Notes under the pieces: model-generated
What the model saw: the letters and a program-made list of their open reading frames with translations, nothing else
Told to the model about the DNA's origin: nothing
Database searches by the model: none
Shown: in pieces, positions 1 through 10,198 of the stretch
Position numbering within the stretch: position 1 is the stretch's first letter
Layout of the letters: the number at the start of each line of letters is the position of its first letter
Program-made: the position numbers and the translations under genes
Origin: a virus
Taxonomy: Duplodnaviria; Caudoviricetes
Strand: one strand, 5' to 3'
DNA length: 64,000 nt
IMG/VR virus record: IMGVR_UViG_2923098224_000002
Location: 1-64,000 of that record

Positions 1-1047
1 ATGTCCGCAAATAGAACAGGAAAACGCGTCAAAAAGGAACGTACTTTACGGAAGACTACGAGCAACCTTGATGTTCTTTTCGTACAGTTTCGCGCAATTA
101 AGAAATCGGAGGGGCGAGCGCAATCAACGCTCAACCAATACGAAGATAATTACGGTTTCTTTCTAGAATTTCTTGACCGTAAGGGGATCGCGCGGTCCAT
201 TCACGAAATGAGTCGAGAGGTGATTCGTAGGTATATCGTTTACATGCAATACGAATGGGTTAAATTCGAGGACCATTATTTTAAAAAGGACGAGCACATG
301 ACGAAAGGACTTGCGCCGGGTACGATTAATACTCGACTGAAGACCTTACGCGTGTTCTTTAAAACGTTATATGACGAGGACCTTATCGAACATAACCCGA
401 TGGTCGGTATAAAGAACGTTAACGAACCCGAAGAGGAAGTCGTTATTTTAGACGAGGATGAGCTTCATTTGTTATTTGCGGCGCCGAATCAACGCGAATA
501 TGCCGACTTCAGGGATTACGTTTTAATGAACGTTTTACTCGACGGAATGATGCGTATTTCTGAAGCGCTAGGGCTCAAGCAGGAAAACTTCGATTTTTCT
601 GCGCGTACTTTATATATTCCGGCTACTGTTGCGAAAAATAGACGGGCACGTACGGTTCCTATTGAATTCGGCACCGCGAAAATGCTAAACGAATTAATAG
701 TAGAAAACCGTGCGGATTTCGAGAGCGAATATATTTTTCTCGCAAATTATGGCGAACGCTTAACTCGTGATCATTTCCGAAAACGTCTCGTTGAATACGC
801 GAAAGAGGTTGGCATAAAGAAGAGGGTGCATCCGCATTTATTCCGACATACGGCGGCAACTATGTACTTGGAGAGCGGTGGAGATATGCGCCATTTGCAA
901 ATGTTATTGGGGCATAGTGATTTACGCATGGTTCAAAGATACACGCATCTTTCCGGAAGCTCACTGACGGCTCAACATGAAAAATATTCCGCGATAAATA
1001 AGGTTCGCGGAAAACTAAATAAGCAGCGAAAAATAAAACGGAGATGA
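1..1047 (+). CDS. int: Tyrosine recombinase / phage integrase
   Basis: N-terminal SAM-like domain; catalytic motifs GMMRISEAL, KNRRAR, HPHLFRH, LLGH, RYTH. Confidence 0.93.
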   Translation: MSANRTGKRVKKERTLRKTTSNLDVLFVQFRAIKKSEGRAQSTLNQYEDNYGFFLEFLDRKGIARSIHEMSREVIRRYIVYMQYEWVKFEDHYFKKDEHMTKGLAPGTINTRLKTLRVFFKTLYDEDLIEHNPMVGIKNVNEPEEEVVILDEDELHLLFAAPNQREYADFRDYVLMNVLLDGMMRISEALGLKQENFDFSARTLYIPATVAKNRRARTVPIEFGTAKMLNELIVENRADFESEYIFLANYGERLTRDHFRKRLVEYAKEVGIKKRVHPHLFRHTAATMYLESGGDMRHLQMLLGHSDLRMVQRYTHLSGSSLTAQHEKYSAINKVRGKLNKQRKIKRR

Positions 1048-1077
1048 CTCGGCCACAAGGCCGGGTTATTTTTTTTG
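1046..1077 (+). terminator. Rho-independent terminator after integrase
   Basis: actcggcc-acaa-ggccgggt hairpin followed by T-tract. Confidence 0.7.
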
Positions 1078-1085
1078 CCTATTTT

Positions 1086-1112
1086 TGCGCGGTATTAATT
1101 TGGCGTGCATAT
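1086..1112 (+). promoter_or_regulatory. Copy 1 of bipartite motif TGCGCGGT-N11-GTGCATAT
   Basis: Identical half-sites and spacing at 11825 and 25586. Confidence 0.7.
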
Positions 1113-1181
1113 TATCGGTTGTAAAAAAATTTAGCAGAAAGTGTCCGTTCTGGGAATTGTATACGCAGTTACAAATGAGAG

Positions 1182-2141
1182 GTGAACAATAAGGTGGATA
1201 TTACACAAAAGCAAGAAAACGCATTACTTATACTAGACAATTTAATAGATGATGGCATAGATGTAACTAATCTAGGAAAGGAGTTAATAAACTCAACTAA
1301 GTACAATTACGGCACTGTTAGGAAGCGGTTAGAGAGGGCTTTTGGCAGCGTAAAAGAATCTCTAATTGCATACGGGCTTTACGAGCAAGTCGCAGAACCT
1401 TCTCGTTTGGAAATTGAAAGATGTTTCTTCATCGACGGCAATTATAAAGTCTCCGAGAACAAATTTATCTCCGGAGAAGTAAAAGAGTTGTACAACATTT
1501 CGGATACAAAGTTTCGCGAATACAGAAAAGAAGTCCTTGAAGATATCGAAAAAGAAGCGCTGGATGCTTACGTTAGAGATAAGTTTCCGTATGGTTTGAA
1601 ACGCGAGTATATTTACGCAAATAAGCTTTGGCACGTCGAAACTTATTTGCGTAAATTTTACGATCATAGCGCAAAGAAAATGTGCAGAGAATGGGGATTG
1701 CCCTACGAACTGGTTAACGAATCCTATGCAGCTTTCTATATAACGAAGGGGCGCGAATTTGAGTTGCTTGTTGGTGAAGTTCTTAATGCGTTGCATCCCG
1801 GATCGGTTGAGAAACAAAAACGAATTGATGACTGCATCCCGGATTTCGTTATTAATGAAACTGATTGGATCGATGCTAAGCTAAGCGAAAATACCACATT
1901 TAATCGTGCTTGCAAAACGTTCGATAAATATCTTCGTCATACGGAGCATCTTACGATTATTTTCGCTAAAGAGTCCGAAGGTACTTTCGAACATCCTAGC
2001 GTAACTCTTACACACATCAGCGAGTTTGTTCCATCGCTTTTGAAAAGCGGAAACACTGAGTTGGCTTTCCGAGTAAACTCATTTCTATCGGAACTAAAAT
2101 CCGAGGAAATAAAAATGAAGAGAGGAGTCGATGTGGCATGA
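1182..2141 (+). CDS. Protein with C-terminal PD-(D/E)XK nuclease-like domain (homing-endonuclease-like)
   Basis: GREFE...CIPDFVINETDWIDAKLS motif; N-terminal 'RAFGSVKESLIAYG'-type helical repeat; AT-richer than downstream genes. Confidence 0.55.
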   Translation: MNNKVDITQKQENALLILDNLIDDGIDVTNLGKELINSTKYNYGTVRKRLERAFGSVKESLIAYGLYEQVAEPSRLEIERCFFIDGNYKVSENKFISGEVKELYNISDTKFREYRKEVLEDIEKEALDAYVRDKFPYGLKREYIYANKLWHVETYLRKFYDHSAKKMCREWGLPYELVNESYAAFYITKGREFELLVGEVLNALHPGSVEKQKRIDDCIPDFVINETDWIDAKLSENTTFNRACKTFDKYLRHTEHLTIIFAKESEGTFEHPSVTLTHISEFVPSLLKSGNTELAFRVNSFLSELKSEEIKMKRGVDVA

Positions 2142-2557
2142 CCGACGAACATCAGCGGCTCGTATCCGTCGAATCTCAATCCGAATACAACATCACGTCG
2201 GGCAAGGCCGAAACGCGTATCTTCGTTAAGATGTACGTTGACGCCGTCAAGAAAGGCCTTATCGCAGACATCGGTGCGGAGCGTTGGCAGACTCTCTGCG
2301 TACTGTCTTCGTTCATGAACGCTAATGGCGAATGCTACCCGACACAGGATCAGATAGCCGGCGCGCTAAATCTCAGCCGAGCTGCAGCGAACAGGCGGAT
2401 CAAAGCGCTGTGCGAATATCGATGGCAAGAGCGTCCGTTAGTCGTAAAGCAGAAGGCGCGGGACCCGAAGACGCAGCGATGGGATAACGCGAGATATACG
2501 ATCATGCCGATCAGTCAGCTCGCGATATTCGATGGAGATACGGAGGAGCTTACGTAG
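2138..2557 (+). CDS. Winged-HTH protein, phage replication initiator N-terminal type
   Basis: CYPTQDQIAGALNLSRAAANRRIKAL motif typical of initiator HTH domains; short direct repeats directly downstream. Confidence 0.65.
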   Translation: MTDEHQRLVSVESQSEYNITSGKAETRIFVKMYVDAVKKGLIADIGAERWQTLCVLSSFMNANGECYPTQDQIAGALNLSRAAANRRIKALCEYRWQERPLVVKQKARDPKTQRWDNARYTIMPISQLAIFDGDTEELT

Positions 2558-2572
2558 CCATGTGACGCCGAG

Positions 2573-2710
2573 CCATACACGGCGGACCCATACACGGCTC
2601 GACTTTACACTAACTAGAACCATCTTTTAACTAGAGCCATTAATAACTAGATAAATAATAGCGCTCAATTAAAACCTTTTCGCGCAGATACTTATTAAAT
2701 AATAATTCTA
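2573..2710. repeat. Iteron-like repeats plus AT-rich tract (candidate replication origin)
   Basis: CCATACACGGC x2 (2573, 2588); TAACTAGA(A/G)CCAT x2 (2611, 2628) and TAACTAGA (2644); AT-rich region follows. Confidence 0.55.
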
Positions 2711-2789
2711 TCGCGGTAAGGAACATCCGCAAGAGTGAGCGTAAGCGAACGATTGCTAGGTCTTATTAATAAACGGAAGGATGTACGAT

Positions 2790-2954
2790 ATGTTTACGAA
2801 ATATGAGCTCGCTACTATATACGAAGCGCTCAACGATCTTCATCCGGGTACTCGCGTTCAATTCGAAGGGGGCGTAGAGGTAGCGGTATCCGATTTAAGC
2901 GAAAAGGTATTGCGACTAATTAACGAAGGAGGCGACGCCAACCATGGCCATTGA
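2790..2954 (+). CDS. Small hypothetical protein (54 aa)
   Basis: Open frame MFTKYELATIYEALND..., upstream GGAAGGA, overlaps next gene. Confidence 0.5.
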   Translation: MFTKYELATIYEALNDLHPGTRVQFEGGVEVAVSDLSEKVLRLINEGGDANHGH

Positions 2955-3267
2955 AATCCCGATCTCACCCGATTACAAACTAACGTCCGATACGCTTAAC
3001 ATCATCGTAAATGAACGCTATTTCACCGACCCGACAAAAGCGCCGAACTGGCCGAAGAAGCTTGCGGAGAACCCGAACGCTGATCCAACGCCAAAGGAAA
3101 AGTGGCGCGAAGTAGCGTATCACTCAACGGTCGAACGCGCGGTACTCGACGTAATGAATCGACGGTTGCGCGACTCGGATGCGACATCGCTGGCGGAATT
3201 AGCACGATTAATACGGGAGTTTCGAGAGGAAATAGCGGCTTTGCTGGCGGTCGAGGGCAATCGGTAG
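2944..3267 (+). CDS. Phage hypothetical protein (DUF5405-like)
   Basis: RBS GGAGG; YKLTSDTLNIIVNE...WREVAYHST pattern. Confidence 0.6.
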   Translation: MAIEIPISPDYKLTSDTLNIIVNERYFTDPTKAPNWPKKLAENPNADPTPKEKWREVAYHSTVERAVLDVMNRRLRDSDATSLAELARLIREFREEIAALLAVEGNR

Positions 3268-3302
3268 GGTCAGCGATAAAACAGCGGAGAGGCGGCGAAA
3301 AC

Positions 3303-3518
3303 ATGACCGAAGAAGTTAAACGATTGCGTTGTGCTGTGGCGGATTTGATTGGCGAGAATGAGCGGTTAAAGGCGAAGAATGAACGGCTTGAACTACGGAA
3401 TAAGGAACTCCGGCGCTGTGTTCCTGCGCTTAGTACAATCGCGACCATATCGAGTATTTCTACGGGAGATATCGTTCTTAGGGAAATCAATAGAATCGCA
3501 AAGGAGGCGCTAAAATGA
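3303..3518 (+). CDS. Hypothetical coiled-coil protein
   Basis: GGAGAGG upstream of ATG at 3303; coupled to next gene. Confidence 0.55.
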   Translation: MTEEVKRLRCAVADLIGENERLKAKNERLELRNKELRRCVPALSTIATISSISTGDIVLREINRIAKEALK

Positions 3519-3877
3519 AGCCGACAATCACGAAGGAACAGGCGGAGGTTATCGAATCGGCAAGAGGGTTCGGACACGAAGACGATTGGATATTACGTTC
3601 ACATGCGGACTTCCTATCGGGGCACGCTCCTCGCTGGTATGACGGACACACTTTCGACGATATGGACGTCACCACATTAGCGGCTGCGTTAATTAACGGA
3701 TACGAGATCGAAGGTACACCGGAAGACCGGGTACGCGAGTATTACGACGAACTTCAGGAAAAGCAACGGACTGCGCAATCCCGGGGCGTTACGTTCAGCC
3801 TTGAATGCGAAAGGGAAGGCGTTATCAATACGCTCAATCTTCTCGGAATCAAAATCGAAGGAGTGAACGCGCGATGA
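3515..3877 (+). CDS. Phage hypothetical protein (DUF1642-like)
   Basis: RBS AAGGAGG; LAAALINGYEIE motif. Confidence 0.6.
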   Translation: MKPTITKEQAEVIESARGFGHEDDWILRSHADFLSGHAPRWYDGHTFDDMDVTTLAAALINGYEIEGTPEDRVREYYDELQEKQRTAQSRGVTFSLECEREGVINTLNLLGIKIEGVNAR

Positions 3878-4224
3878 CAACGTATGAAACGAAGCCGGTC
3901 GCCAAGTGGAATACGCGCGATTTTATCGGTTACCTACACGCCAAGCACAAAGAAACTTACGGAATTCCTTACGTAACGAACAATCGCGGCATGGAGGCGA
4001 AGAACCTAAAGCTGATGATCGACGAGCAAGGCGCCGAGGTTACGCGGAGATTCATCGATAAATGTTTCGCGGAGAAAAAGCCGACGCTGAAGTATCCGGG
4101 CTGTAACTTTGCGTTCATGTTTTCATATATGCGCGAAAGTGTCTTATCGCGTGTGCTTACGGAAGTCCAAGCCGAACAGAAACGGGCTGATCGCAATGAA
4201 GGCGTGGATGATGCGTGGTTCTAA
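3874..4224 (+). CDS. Hypothetical replication-module protein
   Basis: ATGA overlap, RBS AAGGAG; helical protein ending in acidic/aromatic DDAWF. Confidence 0.6.
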   Translation: MTTYETKPVAKWNTRDFIGYLHAKHKETYGIPYVTNNRGMEAKNLKLMIDEQGAEVTRRFIDKCFAEKKPTLKYPGCNFAFMFSYMRESVLSRVLTEVQAEQKRADRNEGVDDAWF

Positions 4225-4253
4225 CGAAAACAAAAACGAGGAGGGATTGCGAA

Positions 4254-5309
4254 ATGGCTGAAACGAAAAAGTATGTACGGATTAAGAAGGCATCTATAGA
4301 GGGAGCGTGGTATGCGGATAAGCTTGGACAGATATTCGAAGTTTATTACGAAAACTCCGTTGCACTAGGTGCAGTATGTTACGGCTACTATTCCGTGCTC
4401 AGAGAAGACGCTGAAATCATCGTCACAGAAAAGCGACCAGCCAAAGTTGGCGAGCGCGTGTTGATTACGAAGCCCTCACCTATGGGAAAGCAATCGTATA
4501 AAACCGGAGATATTTTCATAGTAAATCACGAGAATACCCCTGCATTCGGGGGCGTAAGAACCTCGGACGTTACCGGATTTATCGGGCCCAAAGAATACGA
4601 AGTCATCGTCAATAACGAAATTAAAAACGAGGAGGCTGACGAAATGAAAATCGATTTGAACGCAATGGGATACGATGAGTTACTAGCGCATGGTGATGCG
4701 GTAATGGAGGCGATTAAAAAGCGCACATTTCAAGAAGGATTTCAAGCGGCTAAACAAGTTCAGCGAAAGTTGGCGGGAATGAATTCCAAGAAGAGCACCC
4801 AAGCCCGCCGTGATGAAATCGTTGAGCAGGCGAAGGCGGACGTTGAGAAACTGGCGAATAAATACGGTTACTACTACGCTTATGGACGGAATCCGAAAGC
4901 GGAATTTATCGTAAATTGCGAGAAAAGAACCGTAGTCACAATTTTACGGTGGATAGCGGATGGTCAAATCGTAGCGCGAGGAATCGCCAAAGCCGCACCG
5001 TCCGACTGCTTCAACGTTCATATTGGTCGTGCGATCGCGCTAAGACGTGCGCTAGGCCTGACGGTGCCAGACGAATACTTGAACGCTCCGCAGCCGACTG
5101 AGGTTCGTGTGGGGGACGTTGTTCGCGGCAAGTACGCGGATTACTACTACCAGTTATGCCGTGAAGGCGAACTCGGCGATGACAGTTACGAAGCAAAGAT
5201 TAGAGAAATTGCGGATGGTAAATACCGATATGTCGGCGGAGGTTACGATTTTATAGATGACGCTGACCTAACGATTATCGACGACTCACGCGAAGAGGTG
5301 GGCGAATGA
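4254..5309 (+). CDS. Phage protein with repeated K(V/A)G(D/E) SH3/KOW-like modules
   Basis: RBS GAGGAGG; KVGERV, KTGDIF, RVGDVV; GIAKAAPSDCFNVHIGRAIALRRA domain. Confidence 0.65.
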   Translation: MAETKKYVRIKKASIEGAWYADKLGQIFEVYYENSVALGAVCYGYYSVLREDAEIIVTEKRPAKVGERVLITKPSPMGKQSYKTGDIFIVNHENTPAFGGVRTSDVTGFIGPKEYEVIVNNEIKNEEADEMKIDLNAMGYDELLAHGDAVMEAIKKRTFQEGFQAAKQVQRKLAGMNSKKSTQARRDEIVEQAKADVEKLANKYGYYYAYGRNPKAEFIVNCEKRTVVTILRWIADGQIVARGIAKAAPSDCFNVHIGRAIALRRALGLTVPDEYLNAPQPTEVRVGDVVRGKYADYYYQLCREGELGDDSYEAKIREIADGKYRYVGGGYDFIDDADLTIIDDSREEVGE

Positions 5310-5509
5310 AAAAAAGGCATGTAACGTTTGGAACGCCGAAATACGTTGAGGCTACGAAGTTAGGCGAAAGACTGGGAAAGACTGATGAGTTAATCGGTAA
5401 GATCGAGTTTTTAGTGGAAGAACTCTCCCGAGGCGGTTGTCCCATAGGGATGTATAAACAACGCGAGAGAATTGACCAGTTAGCGCAGCGATTATCGGAG
5501 TTGATTTAA
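5306..5509 (+). CDS. Hypothetical protein
   Basis: ATGA coupling, RBS GAGGTG. Confidence 0.55.
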   Translation: MKKRHVTFGTPKYVEATKLGERLGKTDELIGKIEFLVEELSRGGCPIGMYKQRERIDQLAQRLSELI

Positions 5510-5698
5510 CGAAAGGAGGCGCGTGAGTGACGTACCATAGACGCTTGAAAAAAACGGTGTTTAAAAAGTATAGCGGATATGATTGGACTTGCGACGCAAT
5601 GTATCAGGAACCCCGCGTGAAGGACGCAGATAAACGAATGCGCTCGAAGCATGAAAGAACGATAAGAAAACGAATTGATCGGAAGGAGGTCCGCGAAT

Positions 5699-6478
5699 AT
5701 GAATAACGAAAATAATTGCGTACTCGCTGACGGATGCAAAGCGGCCGGGACCGACGCATGTACGCGGCACTGTACGCATTTCATCGCGATACACGGCGCA
5801 TCGGGCGAAGGGGGGCGCTCAGGGGCGGCAGGGCTTCCGCGTGAATACCGGCTCGTCACGCTGAAGAATTCGCCGGCTCGCGCTGACCAATCCGAAGCTT
5901 ATAAGGCGGCCGAGGCTTATGCGGCATCCTTTGCGCGGCAGTTCGAACAAGGCGGACCGGTTGCGCCGGCCGACCGCATTAAAGACCTATATCTGTTCAG
6001 CGAATCGCCCGGCACCGGCAAGACGACGACGGCCGCCGCACTTCTGAACGAATGGCTACGTGTCCATTATAGCGGCTCGCTGCGGCGCGGCTTCGAACCC
6101 CTACAGCGCCCGGCGTATTTCCTCGATGTGAATGCGTGGCAGAACGACTATAACGAATTCAATCGCCCGCGTGTACCGGACTCAGTCGCAGAGCCGGCGG
6201 CCGCCCGTTATTATCGCGCATTAGAAGCGGCTAAGTTGGCGCCATTTGCGGTGCTGGACGATATAGGGGTACGCGATGCAACGGACGGCTTCCGCGGCGA
6301 CCTGCACACCGTTATTAACGCAAGGGTAACGAATCAATTACCGACTATCTATACGAGCAACATTGCGCTCGATCAGCTCTGGCAAGTATTCGGTGAACGA
6401 CGTCTGGCCGATCGGGTGGGCGACTTGTGCCGGGATATTGAATTCGTCGGCGAATCGAAAAGGGGGATGCGTAGATGA
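5699..6478 (+). CDS. DnaC/IstB-like AAA+ helicase loader
   Basis: Walker A SPGTGKTT, Walker B VLDDIG, TIYTSN, RLADR; N-terminal Cys cluster. Confidence 0.88.
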   Translation: MNNENNCVLADGCKAAGTDACTRHCTHFIAIHGASGEGGRSGAAGLPREYRLVTLKNSPARADQSEAYKAAEAYAASFARQFEQGGPVAPADRIKDLYLFSESPGTGKTTTAAALLNEWLRVHYSGSLRRGFEPLQRPAYFLDVNAWQNDYNEFNRPRVPDSVAEPAAARYYRALEAAKLAPFAVLDDIGVRDATDGFRGDLHTVINARVTNQLPTIYTSNIALDQLWQVFGERRLADRVGDLCRDIEFVGESKRGMRR

Positions 6479-6984
6479 AAACGGAATTCACCTTCGGAGA
6501 TATCGTTTCGGTTGCCGGGTATGAAAATCGGATATTCTACGTCGATGCTTGGCGCGAAGTAAAGGAAACCGATGAGTGGGGCGTAAGTGAATACGTCGAG
6601 TTCGAGTTGACTGACGCCATTAACGGTGAATTCCTCGACGCGTACGAAATGGATCTGCGGCTGGTCTGCCGGAAACATTTCGCGGAAGATTACCTCTTAG
6701 CGTACGACGTGACGGATTATCCGGAGCCGACGGGCGTGGCGTTTCATTTTACGGATGATTATACTTTCGGAATAGGATACGCAAAAAAGGAGGCGGTTGG
6801 GATGGAGAAAGGGCCGAAGGAAGCGCCGAAGAAGGAACACGCGGCCGGGGCGAAACGGAAGACTGACGAGCTACTGGACGAATATAACGATAACATGCGC
6901 CTGTACGAGACGTTTGGGGATGCGGAGTATAAAACGAAGGCTGACGCTGTGATGACGAAATTGAGACGGGAGGCGGGCGAATAG
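6475..6984 (+). CDS. YodN-like protein with IDEAL-type C-terminus
   Basis: FTFGDIV N-terminus; DELLDEYNDNMRLYETFGDAEYK C-terminus. Confidence 0.55.
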   Translation: MKTEFTFGDIVSVAGYENRIFYVDAWREVKETDEWGVSEYVEFELTDAINGEFLDAYEMDLRLVCRKHFAEDYLLAYDVTDYPEPTGVAFHFTDDYTFGIGYAKKEAVGMEKGPKEAPKKEHAAGAKRKTDELLDEYNDNMRLYETFGDAEYKTKADAVMTKLRREAGE

Positions 6985-7070
6985 ATGCAGGAATTAATTA
7001 TAGGGCTTATATTTTTTGTTAGCGCAAGTATAGCTGGGTTCGTAATTGTCACGAAAGGAGAACAGAAGTA

Positions 7071-7397
7071 ATGGGCGTATGGAGATCGGATTGGGTTTTG
7101 ATTGGCGCGGATATAGACTACGATCAATTCGATGAATACAAGTACGAAGAATACGAAAAATTTGAGGGCGTGGATAGACCGGGAGAGATTACGTATTTAA
7201 TAGACGTAATGGGCGGCGATTATTTTGTCGTCGGTGAGGTCGTGACCAAAGCATCTGAATATGCGGGATTCAGACTTTCGGAAATAGAAGTCGGAGATAT
7301 TTTCGAAGATGCCTGCGAAAGAGTAAGAGCGCATATTCGCACTGAATTCGGGGTTGAAGCGGAACCGAATCTTATCGTTATCACACATTTTACGTAA
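7071..7397 (+). CDS. Acidic hypothetical protein
   Basis: RBS AAAGGAG, ORF. Confidence 0.6.
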   Translation: MGVWRSDWVLIGADIDYDQFDEYKYEEYEKFEGVDRPGEITYLIDVMGGDYFVVGEVVTKASEYAGFRLSEIEVGDIFEDACERVRAHIRTEFGVEAEPNLIVITHFT

Positions 7398-7411
7398 GGA
7401 GCTGAACGTGC

Positions 7412-8806
7412 ATGAACTACGGAACTTTACTTATATCGAAGGCCATCGAGGCGAACGATCCGAACGCCCTGCTGCGCTTCAATGTTTCCGAAGCCGACTT
7501 CCAAACGCAGGGCGAACGCAAGGCCTTCCGGTACGTTATGGATTACGCGGAGAAATACCGAGGCCAAGCGCCGACGGCCGAGATGGTTGCGAATGAGGTG
7601 CCGGACTTCCAGCCGGATTTTAATATCGAAGCCAGCTACGATTACCTTGCGAAAAACCTCAAAGAGCGGGCGGCCGAGCGCGAATTTATCGAGCTGATGA
7701 ACGGCCGTATTGATCCGGAAACCAATCGCCAAGTTCAGGAGCCGCAGCTCGAAAAACGATTTATTGAAGCTCAAAAAAGCGGAGATATGGGAAAATTCTT
7801 CGAGTGGTTGACGGGGCAGGCCGAAAGTCTTAAAATGAGAACAAACGTTCGAAATTCGGTCGGGACGGATATCAAACGGGACATCGACAAGTTTAAAGCG
7901 GAATATGAAAACCGTAAGGCCGGCGAGTCCTTTCGGATCTGGCGCAGCAAATTCGATTTTGTTAATAAGGCAATGGGCGGCTACGTTTCGTCGAACGTGT
8001 ACGTGATCTACGGAAAGTCGGGCCGGGGTAAATCGGCCGTATCGTTAGAAGAGGTCACTAACTGTGCGATGCAGGGGGCGAACGTTCTGATTTGGTCGAT
8101 GGAAATGGGCTGGTACGAAGTGTTGGTGCGTCTGTACGTATCGATTTCCGGAACCATGGGTGTTACGACTGCGACTCTGGACGGCGTCGATATGGAAGCC
8201 GGATTCAATTCGCGCGATGTGCGTCAGGGCAAACTAACCGACGAGTTCGAGGCGGGTTTTATGGAATTCCTCGATCGGCTCAACGAAATCATTCCGGGTA
8301 ATATTACGGTGCGAGCCGTCGACGACGAAGACTTCGGCTCAAGAACCCTGCGCGATCTAAAATCGGACATTATCGAAACGAAAGCCGACGTCGTGCTTGT
8401 AGATCCGTTTTATTACCTCGACTACGAAGCCAATACGTCAAAGACGGCAGGCGGAGACGCGGCTAATACTTCGCAAAAACTGCGCCGTCTGGCCGGGCAT
8501 ACGAAAACGACGATCTTTGCGCTCACACAGGCAGATGAGGATGACGAGAAAGAAACGGAAGACGGAGCGCGCGAGCTTAAGCTGCCGCAGCGTAAGGACG
8601 TCAAGAAAACGAAAGCCCTGCTCGAAGATGCTGCGTTATTGATCGCAGTTGATACGAACGCGAAAGAAGGCCGCGGCTTGATCGGATTGAACAAAGGGCG
8701 CGACGGCGGCGAAGGGGAAGTCGCAGAGATCATCTATTTGCCGCAAATCGGCGTAGTAAAACAGCCGGAAATGGGCGCCGGGGCTGCGGACGTGTTCGAG
8801 TTTTAG
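7412..8806 (+). CDS. DnaB-like replicative helicase
   Basis: Walker A GKSGRGKS, WSMEM, VLVDPFY, LTQA, KGRDG motifs. Confidence 0.9.
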   Translation: MNYGTLLISKAIEANDPNALLRFNVSEADFQTQGERKAFRYVMDYAEKYRGQAPTAEMVANEVPDFQPDFNIEASYDYLAKNLKERAAEREFIELMNGRIDPETNRQVQEPQLEKRFIEAQKSGDMGKFFEWLTGQAESLKMRTNVRNSVGTDIKRDIDKFKAEYENRKAGESFRIWRSKFDFVNKAMGGYVSSNVYVIYGKSGRGKSAVSLEEVTNCAMQGANVLIWSMEMGWYEVLVRLYVSISGTMGVTTATLDGVDMEAGFNSRDVRQGKLTDEFEAGFMEFLDRLNEIIPGNITVRAVDDEDFGSRTLRDLKSDIIETKADVVLVDPFYYLDYEANTSKTAGGDAANTSQKLRRLAGHTKTTIFALTQADEDDEKETEDGARELKLPQRKDVKKTKALLEDAALLIAVDTNAKEGRGLIGLNKGRDGGEGEVAEIIYLPQIGVVKQPEMGAGAADVFEF

Positions 8807-8940
8807 ATCGTTTGGAATTTACCGGATGATATTGTCAACAATTACATCTAAATTTTTGAATAGTTTCGACAAATTGCGACTGTAATTTTCGTAACAATGT
8901 CGTAATATAATTTACAAGTCTCGAAAGGAAGTGTCTCGAA

Positions 8941-9936
8941 TTGCCGATATTAAATTTGGGTGGACGTTCTGTAGACGTCGACATTCGGTATGAACTCGAA
9001 CAATTCGACTGGACCCGGCCGACGTGGGGCGGCGAACGCCTGCTGGCCGCCAGTCCATTCAGATACGATCGGACTCCGAGCTTTTACGTATACCTCGAAG
9101 ACACAGTGTCGGCAAAAGCCGGCTATTGGGGCGACTCAGGCGCCTATGACGAAGAGTTTGCGCGGGGCGGGTTCGTTAAACTGCTCGCTTTCCTGCGCGG
9201 CGAAACCGAAGACGACGCAATCGATTACTTATTGGAAACGTATGCACCGGCGGCTGAAGGCGGGCGTCTGACGCTTCGACTTCCGAAATTAAAGGCCGTC
9301 ACGAAGCAGGAGCCTTTGCCGGAATCGGTACTCGCTGACACAACGCCGGGACCTAACGCTTATCTGGCGGGCCGGGGCATTACGGCCGCGGTACAAGAAG
9401 AGGCCGGCGTATCACTTGCCGGTAACGCAGTCGCGATCCCTTGGCGGCTTCCTGACGGGCGGCTGGCTAATGTTAAGTACAGGGCAACGAAGGGGAAGGC
9501 GTTCTGGTACGTAAAAGGCGGAATGCCTATCCGGTACTTAGTATACGGAATGGATCTCGTATATGCGCAACGGATTAAAAGCGCGGTGATATGCGAGGCC
9601 GAAATCGATGCTATGGCGTGGCAGTCTGCGGGCATACCTGCGATTGGAACCGGAGGCAGCACCTTTAATTTACAGAAGGCGGACATAATTGCGCAGTCAC
9701 CTATCGAATATTTAACGGTGGTTACAGATAACGACAAAGCTGGCGAAAAGTTACGGCGGGAGATTGAGCGTTATTTGATCGGAAAGGTGCGGCTTGCGCA
9801 CGGTTATATTACGGAGGTGAAAGACGCTGATGAACTACTTATAAAGCGCGGTACAGAAGCGTTGCGAGACGTGTATGATCGTGCGGAGGTCGTGAGACAT
9901 ACTTTACGTTTAGGTTCGGGAATTCCCGTACTTTAG
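8941..9936 (+). CDS. DNA primase (TOPRIM)
   Basis: SPFRYDRTPSF, ICEAEIDAM, TDNDKAG, KDADE motifs. Confidence 0.88.
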   Translation: MPILNLGGRSVDVDIRYELEQFDWTRPTWGGERLLAASPFRYDRTPSFYVYLEDTVSAKAGYWGDSGAYDEEFARGGFVKLLAFLRGETEDDAIDYLLETYAPAAEGGRLTLRLPKLKAVTKQEPLPESVLADTTPGPNAYLAGRGITAAVQEEAGVSLAGNAVAIPWRLPDGRLANVKYRATKGKAFWYVKGGMPIRYLVYGMDLVYAQRIKSAVICEAEIDAMAWQSAGIPAIGTGGSTFNLQKADIIAQSPIEYLTVVTDNDKAGEKLRREIERYLIGKVRLAHGYITEVKDADELLIKRGTEALRDVYDRAEVVRHTLRLGSGIPVL

Positions 9937-9952
9937 GTCGGCGGAGGTTGTA

Positions 9953-10198
9953 TTAACCCTCCGTGTTGCTGTCGGATACCTCAATCCATTCGTACAGATC
10001 TTCGGACGCACAGCCGAGCATCATTGCGATATTGTAGGTTCGTTCGATGCTCGGAAGATTCCGAAGGCTGACGTAATCGGACATTTGCGTTTTTGATACT
10101 CCGACCATTGCTGCGAGTTGACTGAGACTGATTCCGCGTTTCTTGCATAGTTCGGGTATCCGACATTTGCCGACCTTAAACGTAATAAACACCTCCAT
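9953..10198 (-). CDS. XRE-family HTH transcriptional regulator, divergent from aimR
   Basis: GISLSQLAAMVGVSKTQMSDY...PSIE...LGCASEDLY. Confidence 0.85.
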   Translation of the reverse strand: MEVFITFKVGKCRIPELCKKRGISLSQLAAMVGVSKTQMSDYVSLRNLPSIERTYNIAMMLGCASEDLYEWIEVSDSNTEG

